Positions 17,977 to 26,663 of a DNA stretch of 32,000 bases are shown here, in pieces. The stretch's first letter is position 1. Each line of letters starts with the position of its first letter. The position numbers and the translations under genes were made by a program. Location: positions 1,860,001 through 1,892,000 of the forward strand of contig NC_002937.3 in the NCBI RefSeq assembly GCF_000195755.1, in the 5' to 3' direction. Source of the stretch: Nitratidesulfovibrio vulgaris str. Hildenborough. Lineage in GTDB: Bacteria; Desulfobacterota; Desulfovibrionia; Desulfovibrionales; Desulfovibrionaceae. The notes under the pieces were generated by a model that was not told the DNA's origin, made no database searches, and saw only the letters and a list, made by a program, of their open reading frames with translations.

Positions 17977-18270
17977 CTAGCGGTACGCCAGGTCGAAGAA
18001 TGTGAACCCGATGGCGATGGCGAGAATGAAGAAGGCCAGAAACACCAGCGACCGCAAAAGCCAGCCTTCATACCGCAGGTGCATGAAGTACAGCACCACA
18101 AGCCCCGCCTTGGTCGTCGCTACAGTAAGGGCCACAACGACATTGAGGAAGCCGAAATCCAGACTTGCCACGTACACCGTCAACGCCGTGAGAAGAAGCA
18201 ACAGACACCATATCAGGGTGTTCGTGCCATAACTTATGATGTGATGCGCATCGTCGTGACCGCTACCCAT
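17977..18270 (-). CDS. Cytochrome c oxidase subunit IV (small prokaryotic subunit, 97 aa, 3 TM)
   Basis: The track ORF 17977-18561 is over-extended into coxIII. ATG 18270 (MGSGHDDAHHIISYG...) follows GGGGGAG and the coxIII TAG (18281-18279). The size, the hydrophobic pattern and the position between coxIII and coxII all fit. Confidence 0.7.
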   Translation of the reverse strand: MGSGHDDAHHIISYGTNTLIWCLLLLLTALTVYVASLDFGFLNVVVALTVATTKAGLVVLYFMHLRYEGWLLRSLVFLAFFILAIAIGFTFFDLAYR

Positions 18271-18278
18271 GACTCCCC

Positions 18279-18908
18279 CTAGGCGACGAGGTAGAAAAGC
18301 GGAAAGAGGTATATCCACACCAGGTCGACGAGGTGCCAGTACAGACCGGAGTTCTCCAGTAGCACATAGTCGTCGGCATTCACATGACCCTTCCGGATGC
18401 CCCTCAACGCATACAGCAGCACTGCGGCACCGATGATGACGTGGATGCCATGCAGCCCCGTCATCACGTAATACAGGCTGAAAAAGATGCCCAATCCGTC
18501 TTGTGCCTCGAGAAGGTGTGCACTTCCCGGATAGATGTCGTGGGCGATCTTGGCACTCCACTCGAAGAACTTGTTCACCATGAACATGCCAGCAAGGGCG
18601 ACAGTGGCGTACAGAAGCTTGCAGGCTCGGTCAGGATTACCCAGGCGCAATGCCGTGATGGATTGTGCCACAGTGACACTGCTTGTGATGAGCACCACCG
18701 TGTTCACAGTGCCGAAGACCTTGTCCAGCATCTTGCCACCCGCATGAAAGGCTTCCGGGTAACGATGCAGGTAGGCGGCATAGAGCAGAAACAACCCGCC
18801 AAAGAGGAGTATTTCGGTGAAGAGGAACAACCACATCCCAAGACGTGAAGCATAGTCATCACGGGGCAGACCATGCCCGCCCGCAGACATTGTCGGGTGC
18901 TCATCCAT
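18279..18908 (-). CDS. coxC: Cytochrome c oxidase subunit III
   Basis: 209 aa. LGMWLFLFTEILLFGGLF... and YWHLVDLVWIYLFPLFY are typical subunit III signatures. The start overlaps the coxI stop by 8 nt (ATGGATGA). Confidence 0.9.
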   Translation of the reverse strand: MDEHPTMSAGGHGLPRDDYASRLGMWLFLFTEILLFGGLFLLYAAYLHRYPEAFHAGGKMLDKVFGTVNTVVLITSSVTVAQSITALRLGNPDRACKLLYATVALAGMFMVNKFFEWSAKIAHDIYPGSAHLLEAQDGLGIFFSLYYVMTGLHGIHVIIGAAVLLYALRGIRKGHVNADDYVLLENSGLYWHLVDLVWIYLFPLFYLVA

Positions 18909-20526
18909 CGGCCTTCACTCCCGTAAAGTCGTAGGGCCCCTTGGTGACGACGGGTTCACTGACGAAGGTGTGATGCGGGGGCGGCGACGAAACAGACCAC
19001 TCGAGCGTAGCACCGCCCCATGGGTTGTCTCCCGCTGCCGGGCCGTTTCGGCTTCCGCGCCAGAGATTCCAGAACATCAACAGAATCCCGGCTGCCAGCA
19101 CCCACGACCCCATCGTCGAGATGAAATGCCCCGTCGTATACTGCGGCAGATAGTCGTAGTACCGACGCGGCATTCCCTGCATCCCTATGACGAACATCGG
19201 GAAATACAGGACGTTGAAACCGACGAAGGTGATGAAGCACGCGAGCGTGGCAGTCCTCTTGTCGTACATCCTGCCGAATATCTTGGGGAACCAGTAGTGC
19301 ATGGCCCCGAACAGACCGAAACCGAGCCCCCCGAAGATGACATAATGGAAATGCGCCACTACGAAATACGTGTCGTGCACATGTATGTCCGTCCCTGCCG
19401 ACCCGAGCACAAGCCCCGTCAGTCCGCCTATGGAGAAAAGAAAGATGAATGCCAGCGCATACCAGAGGGGCGGTTCGATGCGAATCGACCCCTTGTACAG
19501 CGTCGACACCCAGTTGAAGACCTTGATGGCGGAAGGGATGGCGACCACGAACGTCAGGAACGAGAAGACGAGCACGGCTGTATCACTCATGCCGCTGGTG
19601 AACATGTGGTGCGCCCATACAAGTGAACCGGCAAAGGCTATGGCAAGACTGGAAAGGGCTATCATCTTGTAGCCGAAGATGTTCTTGCGGGCGAACACCG
19701 GCAGGATGTCCGAGATGACGCCCATGGCGGGCAGAATCATGATGTAGACCGCCGGGTGCGAGTATATCCAGAAGAGATGCTGGTACAACAGGGGGTCGCC
19801 CCCCCGCGACGGGTCGAAGAGTCCGACACCGAGAACGCGTTCCGCGAAGATGAGCAGCACGGTGATGCCAAGCACAGGCGTGGCCAGAACCTGTATCCAC
19901 CCGGTCGCATAGAGCGACCAGACGAAAAGGGGCAGCCTGTCCCAGGTCATGCCGGGAGCGCGCAGCCGGTGGATGGTGGTGATGAAATTGAGCCCGGTGA
20001 GGATGGAAGAGAACCCCAGCACGAACACGGCGAGCACTGCCGCACTCACGTTGGTGCTGGTGGTCTGGCTGAAGGGGACATAGAACGTCCAGCCCGTATC
20101 AGGCCCGCCCTTGCCGGTGAAGAGCGACGAAAGCGCCATCAACGCCCCGATGACGTACAGCCAGAACGAGAAGTTGTTGAGCTTCGGAAACGATACGTCC
20201 TCTGCACCTATCTGAATGGGCAGGATGATGTTGCCGAACGCAGCAGGGATGCTGGGGATGACCACGAGAAAGATCATGATCACGCCATGCAGCGTGAACA
20301 CCGTATTGTAGGTCTGGGCGTCCATGATTGTAGGGCCCGGTGCGATGAGTTCCAGACGCACGAGAAAGCCGAGCAGCAGACCGACCAGAAAGAACCCCAT
20401 GATACCGCAAAGATACATGATACCGATGCGCTTGTGGTCCGTGGAGAACAACCAGGAGGCGATGCCCCCCTTCGTGCCTGCCATGGGCCGCAAGAAACTG
20501 ACGGATGTGTGTGCCGCTTCGCTCAT
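18901..20526 (-). CDS. coxA: Cytochrome c oxidase subunit I (haem-copper oxidase, A2-type signature)
   Basis: 541 aa with STDHKRIGIMY, the helix VI motif WIYSHPAVY, CuB histidines WAHHMF and haem ligands VAHFHYV. Confidence 0.97.
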   Translation of the reverse strand: MSEAAHTSVSFLRPMAGTKGGIASWLFSTDHKRIGIMYLCGIMGFFLVGLLLGFLVRLELIAPGPTIMDAQTYNTVFTLHGVIMIFLVVIPSIPAAFGNIILPIQIGAEDVSFPKLNNFSFWLYVIGALMALSSLFTGKGGPDTGWTFYVPFSQTTSTNVSAAVLAVFVLGFSSILTGLNFITTIHRLRAPGMTWDRLPLFVWSLYATGWIQVLATPVLGITVLLIFAERVLGVGLFDPSRGGDPLLYQHLFWIYSHPAVYIMILPAMGVISDILPVFARKNIFGYKMIALSSLAIAFAGSLVWAHHMFTSGMSDTAVLVFSFLTFVVAIPSAIKVFNWVSTLYKGSIRIEPPLWYALAFIFLFSIGGLTGLVLGSAGTDIHVHDTYFVVAHFHYVIFGGLGFGLFGAMHYWFPKIFGRMYDKRTATLACFITFVGFNVLYFPMFVIGMQGMPRRYYDYLPQYTTGHFISTMGSWVLAAGILLMFWNLWRGSRNGPAAGDNPWGGATLEWSVSSPPPHHTFVSEPVVTKGPYDFTGVKADG

Positions 20527-20549
20527 CGCAACCTCGTTTGTCGTATCTG

Positions 20550-21737
20550 TCAGTTGCGGCGACGTCCGCCGCGTAGAAGCACGAACAACAGGACGCCCGC
20601 CCCGAAAAGAATGACCACGCCAGCCACCTTCATCACATCGAAGACGTACTTGCGCCCCTTGGGGTCGTAGGTGAAGCAGTACGAGACGGCACGCCGTAGC
20701 GACAGGCCCACCTTCTCCTCGGCTGCTTCATGCAGTGCCATGGTCACGTCGAACGGAAGAAACCCGTTGCCATACAGGTACCGGGTGATGCGCCCTTCGG
20801 GGGACACCGCCACCAGGACCACCGGATGCACGAAGTCGCGCCCCTGTCGTGTGAACCGGAAGCCGATGGCATCCATGAATCGCTGGACATTGGGCAGGTC
20901 GGCGGTCAGGAAGCGCCACCCGTCGGGGGGGTAGTCTCCACCCACGGCGGCCAGATAGTTCTTCTTCTTGTGCGACGCCAACTCGGGCGTGTCGAGTTCG
21001 TCGAAACTCACCGACAGCACCCGGTACTCTGTCCCCGCCTTCATGTTGAGGGCAGGCAGTACGCGCGCGATGGAACTCTGCAACATGTTGCAGACGGTGG
21101 GGCAGGAATAATAGACCGGGGCTACGAGGGTCGGCACGGTCATGAGGCTGCGGGCATCGACCAGATTGCCAGCTTCATCACGAAGCATGATGCCTTCAGG
21201 AATGATGGTGCCAAGCTTCTCATCCACACCGGCTACGGGGGTGCCATCCTGCTTCGCCCTCTGCAGCAGCGAGGACGGTTCGCCGGCTGGCGCCGCAGGA
21301 TGCACATGGGGGGCCTCGGCGGCATCATGCCCGTGCCCTGCGGTCGCGTTCGCCGCTGCCCCAGCAGCGGGGGCAGTATCATGCGTGGCATGTGCACTGT
21401 CACCACCTGAACTGCCGCCAGTGGCACTCGCGCGAGTGTCGCTTGCGGGATGTGACGAAGACACAGCCGCTGGCCCCACACCATGGGCGCCCGTGTGCCC
21501 TTCGGCGGCATTGGCATCATGCCCGTCAGGGGCGACCTGACGCTGTTCGGTCTGATGCTCTCCGTGCGTCATTCCCGCCGGAGTGGAGGCAAGTCCATGC
21601 CCTTCAGCTCCTCGATGTTGCGTCTGCGTCCCCTCAGGGGTGGCCGGAGCGGCAAGACCCGCTCCGGCCACAGAAAGGACACAGGCCGCAAACAACATCA
21701 CGCACGCACGGTGTGCAACACGATGCAGCCCAGACAT
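20550..21737 (-). CDS. SCO1/SenC-family copper chaperone with a His-rich N-terminal extension and a C-terminal TM anchor
   Basis: Signal peptide, then about 135 aa of His/Gly/Ala-rich low-complexity sequence, then a thioredoxin-like SCO domain with CPTVC and the conserved downstream His (DFVHPVV), then the terminal hydrophobic helix VAGVVILFGAGVLLFVLL. Confidence 0.85.
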   Translation of the reverse strand: MSGLHRVAHRACVMLFAACVLSVAGAGLAAPATPEGTQTQHRGAEGHGLASTPAGMTHGEHQTEQRQVAPDGHDANAAEGHTGAHGVGPAAVSSSHPASDTRASATGGSSGGDSAHATHDTAPAAGAAANATAGHGHDAAEAPHVHPAAPAGEPSSLLQRAKQDGTPVAGVDEKLGTIIPEGIMLRDEAGNLVDARSLMTVPTLVAPVYYSCPTVCNMLQSSIARVLPALNMKAGTEYRVLSVSFDELDTPELASHKKKNYLAAVGGDYPPDGWRFLTADLPNVQRFMDAIGFRFTRQGRDFVHPVVLVAVSPEGRITRYLYGNGFLPFDVTMALHEAAEEKVGLSLRRAVSYCFTYDPKGRKYVFDVMKVAGVVILFGAGVLLFVLLRGGRRRN

Positions 21738-21746
21738 ACGACCTCG

Positions 21747-22058
21747 CTAGAGCTTGCTCATGTAGTCGGCGAGCGCCTTCAATTCCTCATCAGAGTATTT
21801 CTTGACGGCGTTGGTCATCATGGCCTTGCGCTCGCCACCGTAGGAACCGTCTGCATAGCCTTTCATCTTCTTGTACAGTTCCTCGGCCCCCTGCCCCTTC
21901 ACGGGCTTGGCCGAACCCATGGCAGCCTTGGAACCATCGGCACCGTGGCATCCGATGCATGACTTGTAGAGTGCGGCGCCATCGGCAGCGACACCGGACA
22001 CGGCAAGTCCGAAAGAAAGGGCGGCACACAGGCTGGACAAAAGCAGAACTCGTTTCAT
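21747..22058 (-). CDS. cyf: Cytochrome c553 (monohaem, periplasmic)
   Basis: ATG 22058 is preceded by GGAGG. A signal peptide ([24 protein letters not shown]) is followed by a 79-aa mature protein with CIGCH. The mature sequence matches my recollection of D. vulgaris Hildenborough c553. The track start at 22103 is upstream. Confidence 0.95.
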
Positions 22059-22147
22059 GGCATCCTCCAGAGATGAACTGATAGTGGACAATACTCCATA
22101 CATACCGCATCACACGGAACAAAGGCAATCCCCTCGCGCGGTTTACG

Positions 22148-22184
22148 ATAAAAAAGGGGGCGGTGGCGCGTGGCCACCGCCCCC
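22148..22184 (-). terminator. Rho-independent terminator of secF
   Basis: On the minus strand: GGGGGCGGTGGC-loop-GCCACCGCCCCC followed directly by TTTTTT (plus-strand A-run 22150-22155). It lies 25 nt after the secF stop. Confidence 0.75.
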
Positions 22185-22209
22185 TGTCAGGGCTGAAGTG
22201 AGCAGACGG

Positions 22210-23298
22210 CTAGACGACGCCATGCTCTCCGGGCTTTTCGTAGTCGGCATCGACAGCGGCCATGACCGGCTTGCCGAAGGCGAGAAGCACCGGGCTTGCC
22301 ACGAAGATGGACGACAGCGTTCCGATGAACACGCCGAAGAACATCGTCAGGGCGAAGTCATGGATGACGCCACCGCCGAGGAAGAACAGGCTGACGATGA
22401 CCATCAGCGTCGTGCCACCGGTGAGAATGGTACGGCTGAGGGTCTGGTTGATGCTGCGGTTGATGATGACGTCGAACGGGTCATCCGGGTTCGTGCGGAG
22501 CGTCTCGCGGATACGGTCGTAGACGATGATGGTGTCGTTCAGCGAGTAGCCGATGAGTGTCAGCAGCGCGGCGATGATGTTCAGGTCGAACTCCTTGCCG
22601 AGAAGCGACAGCAGACCGATGGAGATGAGCACGTCGTGCAACAGTGCTATGATGGCACCCAGCGCGAAGTTGAGCTTCAACTTCCAGCACAGCGCTACGG
22701 TCACCAGCAGGGAGACGAACACCAGCCATTCACGTCCAAGCCCTATGGCCGACAACAGGTACATGCCACCCCAGAGGGTTGCCGCCATCACCGCAGAGGC
22801 CATCCATCGCTGTTCGAAACGACCGGAGATGTACACGGCAATGAGCAACACGGCATAGTACAGGGCCTCGACGGCCTTGCTGCGCAGGTCCGCCCCGACC
22901 TTGGGGCCGACCATCTCAAGCCGCTGCACCGTGAAGGACACGTCCTTGAGGTTCTGTTGCAACGCGGTCGACACGGTCTGGCGGATGCTGTCAGCAGACG
23001 ACCCGGTATCGGAGATGCGGATGAGATAGTCTTCGTCACCCTCACCGAAACGCTGGATGGAAAGCCCCGGCAGGTCGGCGTCGGCGAGACTCTTCTTGAT
23101 GGCCTCGTCTTCGACCGGCTTGTCGAACTTGACCTGCACCACGGCACCGCCAGCAAAGTCGATACCGTAGCGAAGTCCGCCATTCATGGCGATGGAGGCG
23201 AAGCCGATGAGAATGACGACGATCGAAAGCACGTAGGCGATGCGGCGCATGCCCACGAAGTCTATCTTCGTGTCATATTTGATGAATGAAAGTCCCAT
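22210..23298 (-). CDS. secF: Protein translocase subunit SecF
   Basis: 362 aa with IDFVGMRRIAYVLS...GIDFAGG and a C-terminal RND-like 6-TM domain. GGAGG lies 6 nt before the ATG. Confidence 0.95.
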   Translation of the reverse strand: MGLSFIKYDTKIDFVGMRRIAYVLSIVVILIGFASIAMNGGLRYGIDFAGGAVVQVKFDKPVEDEAIKKSLADADLPGLSIQRFGEGDEDYLIRISDTGSSADSIRQTVSTALQQNLKDVSFTVQRLEMVGPKVGADLRSKAVEALYYAVLLIAVYISGRFEQRWMASAVMAATLWGGMYLLSAIGLGREWLVFVSLLVTVALCWKLKLNFALGAIIALLHDVLISIGLLSLLGKEFDLNIIAALLTLIGYSLNDTIIVYDRIRETLRTNPDDPFDVIINRSINQTLSRTILTGGTTLMVIVSLFFLGGGVIHDFALTMFFGVFIGTLSSIFVASPVLLAFGKPVMAAVDADYEKPGEHGVV

Positions 23299-23310
23299 GA
23301 TGTTCCTCCG

Positions 23311-24909
23311 CTAGATGCTGAGCCGCTTTGAGGGCGACAGGCGCATCCACAGGTCGAAGACGGCGCGCGAGACGAAAATGGCCGTGAACATCGAGGCGAG
23401 GATGCCGAGGGTGAGGGTCACGGCGAAGCCGCGCACCGGGCCGGTGCCGAACTGGTACAGGATGGCTGCAGCAATCACCGTGGTGAGGTTCGAGTCGGTG
23501 ATGGAGAGCATGGCCCTGTCGAATCCGGCGTGAATGGCCGCCAGCGGGGTGAGACCGCGCCGCAGTTCTTCGCGGATGCGCTCGTAGATGAGCACGTTGG
23601 CGTCGACGCCCATGCCGATGGTCAGCGCAATACCCGCAAGGCCCGGCAACGTCAGCGTAGCGCCGAAGCCAGCCATGCCAGCAAGGATGAGCAGGATGGT
23701 GAAGCACAGCATCCCGACGGCGATGGCGCCGCTGGCCCCGTAATAGAGGATGGTGAAGACGACGACGGCAGCCCCGCCCACCTGACCGGCGAGAATACCG
23801 CTGTCGATGGACTCCTGACCGAGCGAGGGACCAACCGTGCGCTCTTCGAGCACGTTGACCGGAGCGGGCAGCGAGCCTGCGCGCAGCACGATGGCAAGGT
23901 CCTGTGCCTCTTCAGTGGTGAAATGACCGGTGATGCTGGCGCGGCCGCCCGCTATCTTCTCCTGGATGGAAGGCGCGGAATAGACCTTGCCGTCAAGGAC
24001 GATGGCAAGACGCTTGCGCACGTTCTCGCCCGTCACACGCTCGAAGATGGCGGCACCGCGGCTGTTGAACGTGAGCATGACATACGCCTGATTGAACTGG
24101 TCGAAGCCGGGTCTGGCGTCGGCCACGTTCTCGCCGGTGAGGAGAATCTCCTTGTCGAGGGCCACGGGCACTTCGCCCGCCGACCCGTCGCCGCCACGGC
24201 GCATCATGGGAAGCACATCCACACCGGGGGGCACAAGGCCCTTGGCGAGTTTCTCGGGATCGACGTCGTCCCTGACGATACGGAATTCGAGGTGCGCCGT
24301 CTTGCCGATGATCTGAATGGCGCGTGCGGGGTCGGCAAGGCCGGGCAACTGGACCTGAATGCGATGGTCCTGCTGCTTGCGGATATCCGGTTCAGCCACA
24401 CCGAACTGGTCGATGCGGTTGCGTATGGTCTTCACAGCCTGATCGAGGGCCATGTCCTCGATATGTGTGCGCTGCTCTTTCTTGAGCGTCGCCACATAAC
24501 GCAGCTGCCCGCCGTCGATCTCGACAGGGGCGCCCACGGCTAGCTGCGGGAACTGCTTGGCGAGCATCTCGCCCAGCTGGTCGCGTTGCGCAGCCTTGGC
24601 GAGAACGAACTCGACCCTGTCACCCGGCAAAATGCGGGGACGGAGGATGAAGATGTCCTTCTCACGGGCCGAGGAGCGGATGTCCTGCCCCATCTGCGAA
24701 AGGGAATTCTCGACAGCCTTGTCCACGTCGACGCCCAGCGTGAGGTGGATGCCCCCCATGAGGTCGAGGCCGAGGCTGATGCGGTTGTCGGGCAGGAATC
24801 TGCCCATCGGGGAAGATTTGACGGCGGGAATGCTCGGCAGCACATAGGCCACGGCAGCCAGAAAGACCACCAGCGACAGGGCCAGCCGCCAACGGAGACC
24901 CTCGTTCAT
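23311..24909 (-). CDS. secD: Protein translocase subunit SecD
   Basis: SecD periplasmic domain and 6-TM domain (LGLDLMGGIHL..., GPSLGQESI...). ATG 24909 lies 5 nt after GAGGAG; the track uses GTG 24915. Confidence 0.95.
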   Translation of the reverse strand: MNEGLRWRLALSLVVFLAAVAYVLPSIPAVKSSPMGRFLPDNRISLGLDLMGGIHLTLGVDVDKAVENSLSQMGQDIRSSAREKDIFILRPRILPGDRVEFVLAKAAQRDQLGEMLAKQFPQLAVGAPVEIDGGQLRYVATLKKEQRTHIEDMALDQAVKTIRNRIDQFGVAEPDIRKQQDHRIQVQLPGLADPARAIQIIGKTAHLEFRIVRDDVDPEKLAKGLVPPGVDVLPMMRRGGDGSAGEVPVALDKEILLTGENVADARPGFDQFNQAYVMLTFNSRGAAIFERVTGENVRKRLAIVLDGKVYSAPSIQEKIAGGRASITGHFTTEEAQDLAIVLRAGSLPAPVNVLEERTVGPSLGQESIDSGILAGQVGGAAVVVFTILYYGASGAIAVGMLCFTILLILAGMAGFGATLTLPGLAGIALTIGMGVDANVLIYERIREELRRGLTPLAAIHAGFDRAMLSITDSNLTTVIAAAILYQFGTGPVRGFAVTLTLGILASMFTAIFVSRAVFDLWMRLSPSKRLSI

Positions 24910-24936
24910 TGCCACTCCTCAGGTCACACGAGTTCA

Positions 24937-25021
24937 GCCCCGCAACGCGGGGCCACCCCGAACCGGGGTGCTGTTCAACGGCGAAAGGGCAAGCACGCAC
25001 CGCGTTGGCCCGTGCTTGCCC
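24937..25021 (-). promoter_or_regulatory. Cluster of three GC-rich hairpins in the yajC-secD spacer (possible attenuator or processing site)
   Basis: Three hairpins: GCCCCGC-aac-GCGGGGC (24937-24953); CACCCCG-aac-CGGGGTG (24954-24970); and GGGCAAGCACG-13 nt-CGTGCTTGCCC (24987-25021). The last is followed on the mRNA strand by TTTCGCCGTT. Confidence 0.4.
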
Positions 25022-25039
25022 CAGGGCGTGACGCCTTGA

Positions 25040-25405
25040 TTACTTGGAGTCCTTAGCGTCGGACTTCTTGGGGGCGGCCTTCTTGGAAGGATCGACGACA
25101 CCGGTGATGAAGCCGCGACCGATCTTGACCTTGGTCTCGCCAAGGTCGAGGGTCACCGTATCAGCATCGATATCCACGATACGACCGTACAGACCGCCTG
25201 CGGTCAGCACGTGCTCGCCCTTGCCGAGGGCATCGAGCATGGCCTTGTGTTCCTTGGCGCGCTTCTGCTGCGGACGGATGAGCAGGAAGTAGAAGATGGC
25301 GAACATCAGGATCAGCGGGACGAAGCTGGTGAGAGCGGCGGCTCCGCCTTCTGCGCCGGCCTGCTGGCCTGCGCCCATGGCGTACGCTGCGGTAGTCCAG
25401 AGCAT
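25040..25405 (-). CDS. yajC: Preprotein translocase subunit YajC
   Basis: 121 aa with a single TM helix plus the FYFLLIRPQQKRAKEH signature. AAGGAGG SD. Confidence 0.9.
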   Translation of the reverse strand: MLWTTAAYAMGAGQQAGAEGGAAALTSFVPLILMFAIFYFLLIRPQQKRAKEHKAMLDALGKGEHVLTAGGLYGRIVDIDADTVTLDLGETKVKIGRGFITGVVDPSKKAAPKKSDAKDSK

Positions 25406-25770
25406 GGTGCCTCCTTATGGCGGTTGCGCCCGGATGCCCGGGCGTAATCATCGTTAAACCTGACCTACCTAACCGCTCATGCCCCGTCTTGCAACGCCTT
25501 TTCTGGTCACAACGGCACACAGCGCAGATGCGAAGGCCCAGCGACAACGCGGCGAAGGAGCGCATTCCCGCACCGCCGTTACGCCCATCGGTGGAAATGT
25601 GGCACCATTAGCAATTCACAATGCGTGCGAGCCCCCGGCATGATGCGTCTGCGCCACGCATGACTACCCTTCAGGCTCATGCTTGCGGGACAGTCACTTC
25701 CGACAACATGCAGCCGCGCATGGCAGCCACGTCCGCTCACGTCCTTGCAGCGCCTACCTGCAACCATGCC

Positions 25771-25804
25771 GAAAGCCCCCGCCCTTCGAAGAAGGAACGG
25801 GGGC
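25771..25804 (-). terminator. Candidate terminator of the glutamate synthase operon
   Basis: Imperfect hairpin GCCCCCGTTCCTTC-ttcg-AAGGGCGGGGGC on the minus strand, followed by TTTC. It lies about 100 nt after the stop at 25906. Confidence 0.4.
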
Positions 25805-25905
25805 GATCCCGCAAGTCACAACATGCGCTCTATCCGGTCGTTCACGCGGACATCGCACTCGAAGCGGAACGACTGAAGCCGGACAGGTGCCCCGCCGCAA
25901 CACGG

Positions 25906-26661
25906 TCAGTTCGTTCCGACGTACATATTGCCGTAGGGTCTGTGCGAGCGCGGATGCACCTTGACGAATGACGCGCCGAGTATCTCTGCGGCGTCCTTGC
26001 CGAAGGCATCGGCGTACGCCTGCACATGCCGTGCGAGCGCAGCCCCGTCCTCCTCATCCAGAGGCGACAGTGCAAGCCCCGGTCCCAGCAGATGTTCCGG
26101 CACCTCACCACGGATGTAGATGACCCCGCCGTGCATCCCGGTACCGAGGCTACGCCCCGCAACGGGCGCCTCCGGCTTGCCGGTGTCCATTCCAAGCAGC
26201 ACGATGACCCCGCCAGCCATGTATTCTCCGAGAAAGTCGCCCGCCTTGCCGCCCACCACGATGACCGGCACCCTGTCGAGATACGACTTCATGTGGATGC
26301 CCACCCGGTAGCCCACGTCACCACGCACGAGGATGCTACCATCGCGCATGGCATAGCCGAGGACATCGCCCGCCATGCCGTCGATGACGATGTGCCCGCC
26401 ATCCATGGTATTGCCCACGCCATCCTGCGCGTTGCCCTGTACCCTGATGTGCGGACCGCGCATGAAGGCACCGAGGTCCTGCCCCGGCACGCCGAGGATG
26501 TTGATGCTCACGTCGCCCTCGACGGCGTTGCCGATGAAACGCTGCCCCCGCACCCCGTGCAGGTCGATGACCTGCGTTCCGGCGGCGACCGCCTCGCGGA
26601 TTCGGACATTGAGTTCGCGATAGGGCATTCCGTCGGCGTCGATGATGATCCTGTCTGCCAT
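25906..26661 (-). CDS. Glutamate synthase alpha-subunit C-terminal (GXGXG) domain protein
   Basis: Repeated beta-helix Gly motifs (GVPGQDLGAFMRG, GNAQDGVGNTMDGG, GMAGDVLGYAMRDG, GDVGYRVG, GKAGDFLGEYMAGG). ATG 26661 (MADRIII) lies 7 nt after GGAGG; ATG 26667 overlaps the upstream TGA. Confidence 0.9.
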   Translation of the reverse strand: MADRIIIDADGMPYRELNVRIREAVAAGTQVIDLHGVRGQRFIGNAVEGDVSINILGVPGQDLGAFMRGPHIRVQGNAQDGVGNTMDGGHIVIDGMAGDVLGYAMRDGSILVRGDVGYRVGIHMKSYLDRVPVIVVGGKAGDFLGEYMAGGVIVLLGMDTGKPEAPVAGRSLGTGMHGGVIYIRGEVPEHLLGPGLALSPLDEEDGAALARHVQAYADAFGKDAAEILGASFVKVHPRSHRPYGNMYVGTN

Positions 26662-26663
26662 TG

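Noticed and set aside
21242-21647. Possible tandem DNA repeats underlying the His-rich region of the SCO1-like gene
   Set aside because: The protein is low-complexity, but I could not find a repeating nucleotide unit. It is compositional bias rather than a tandem repeat array.
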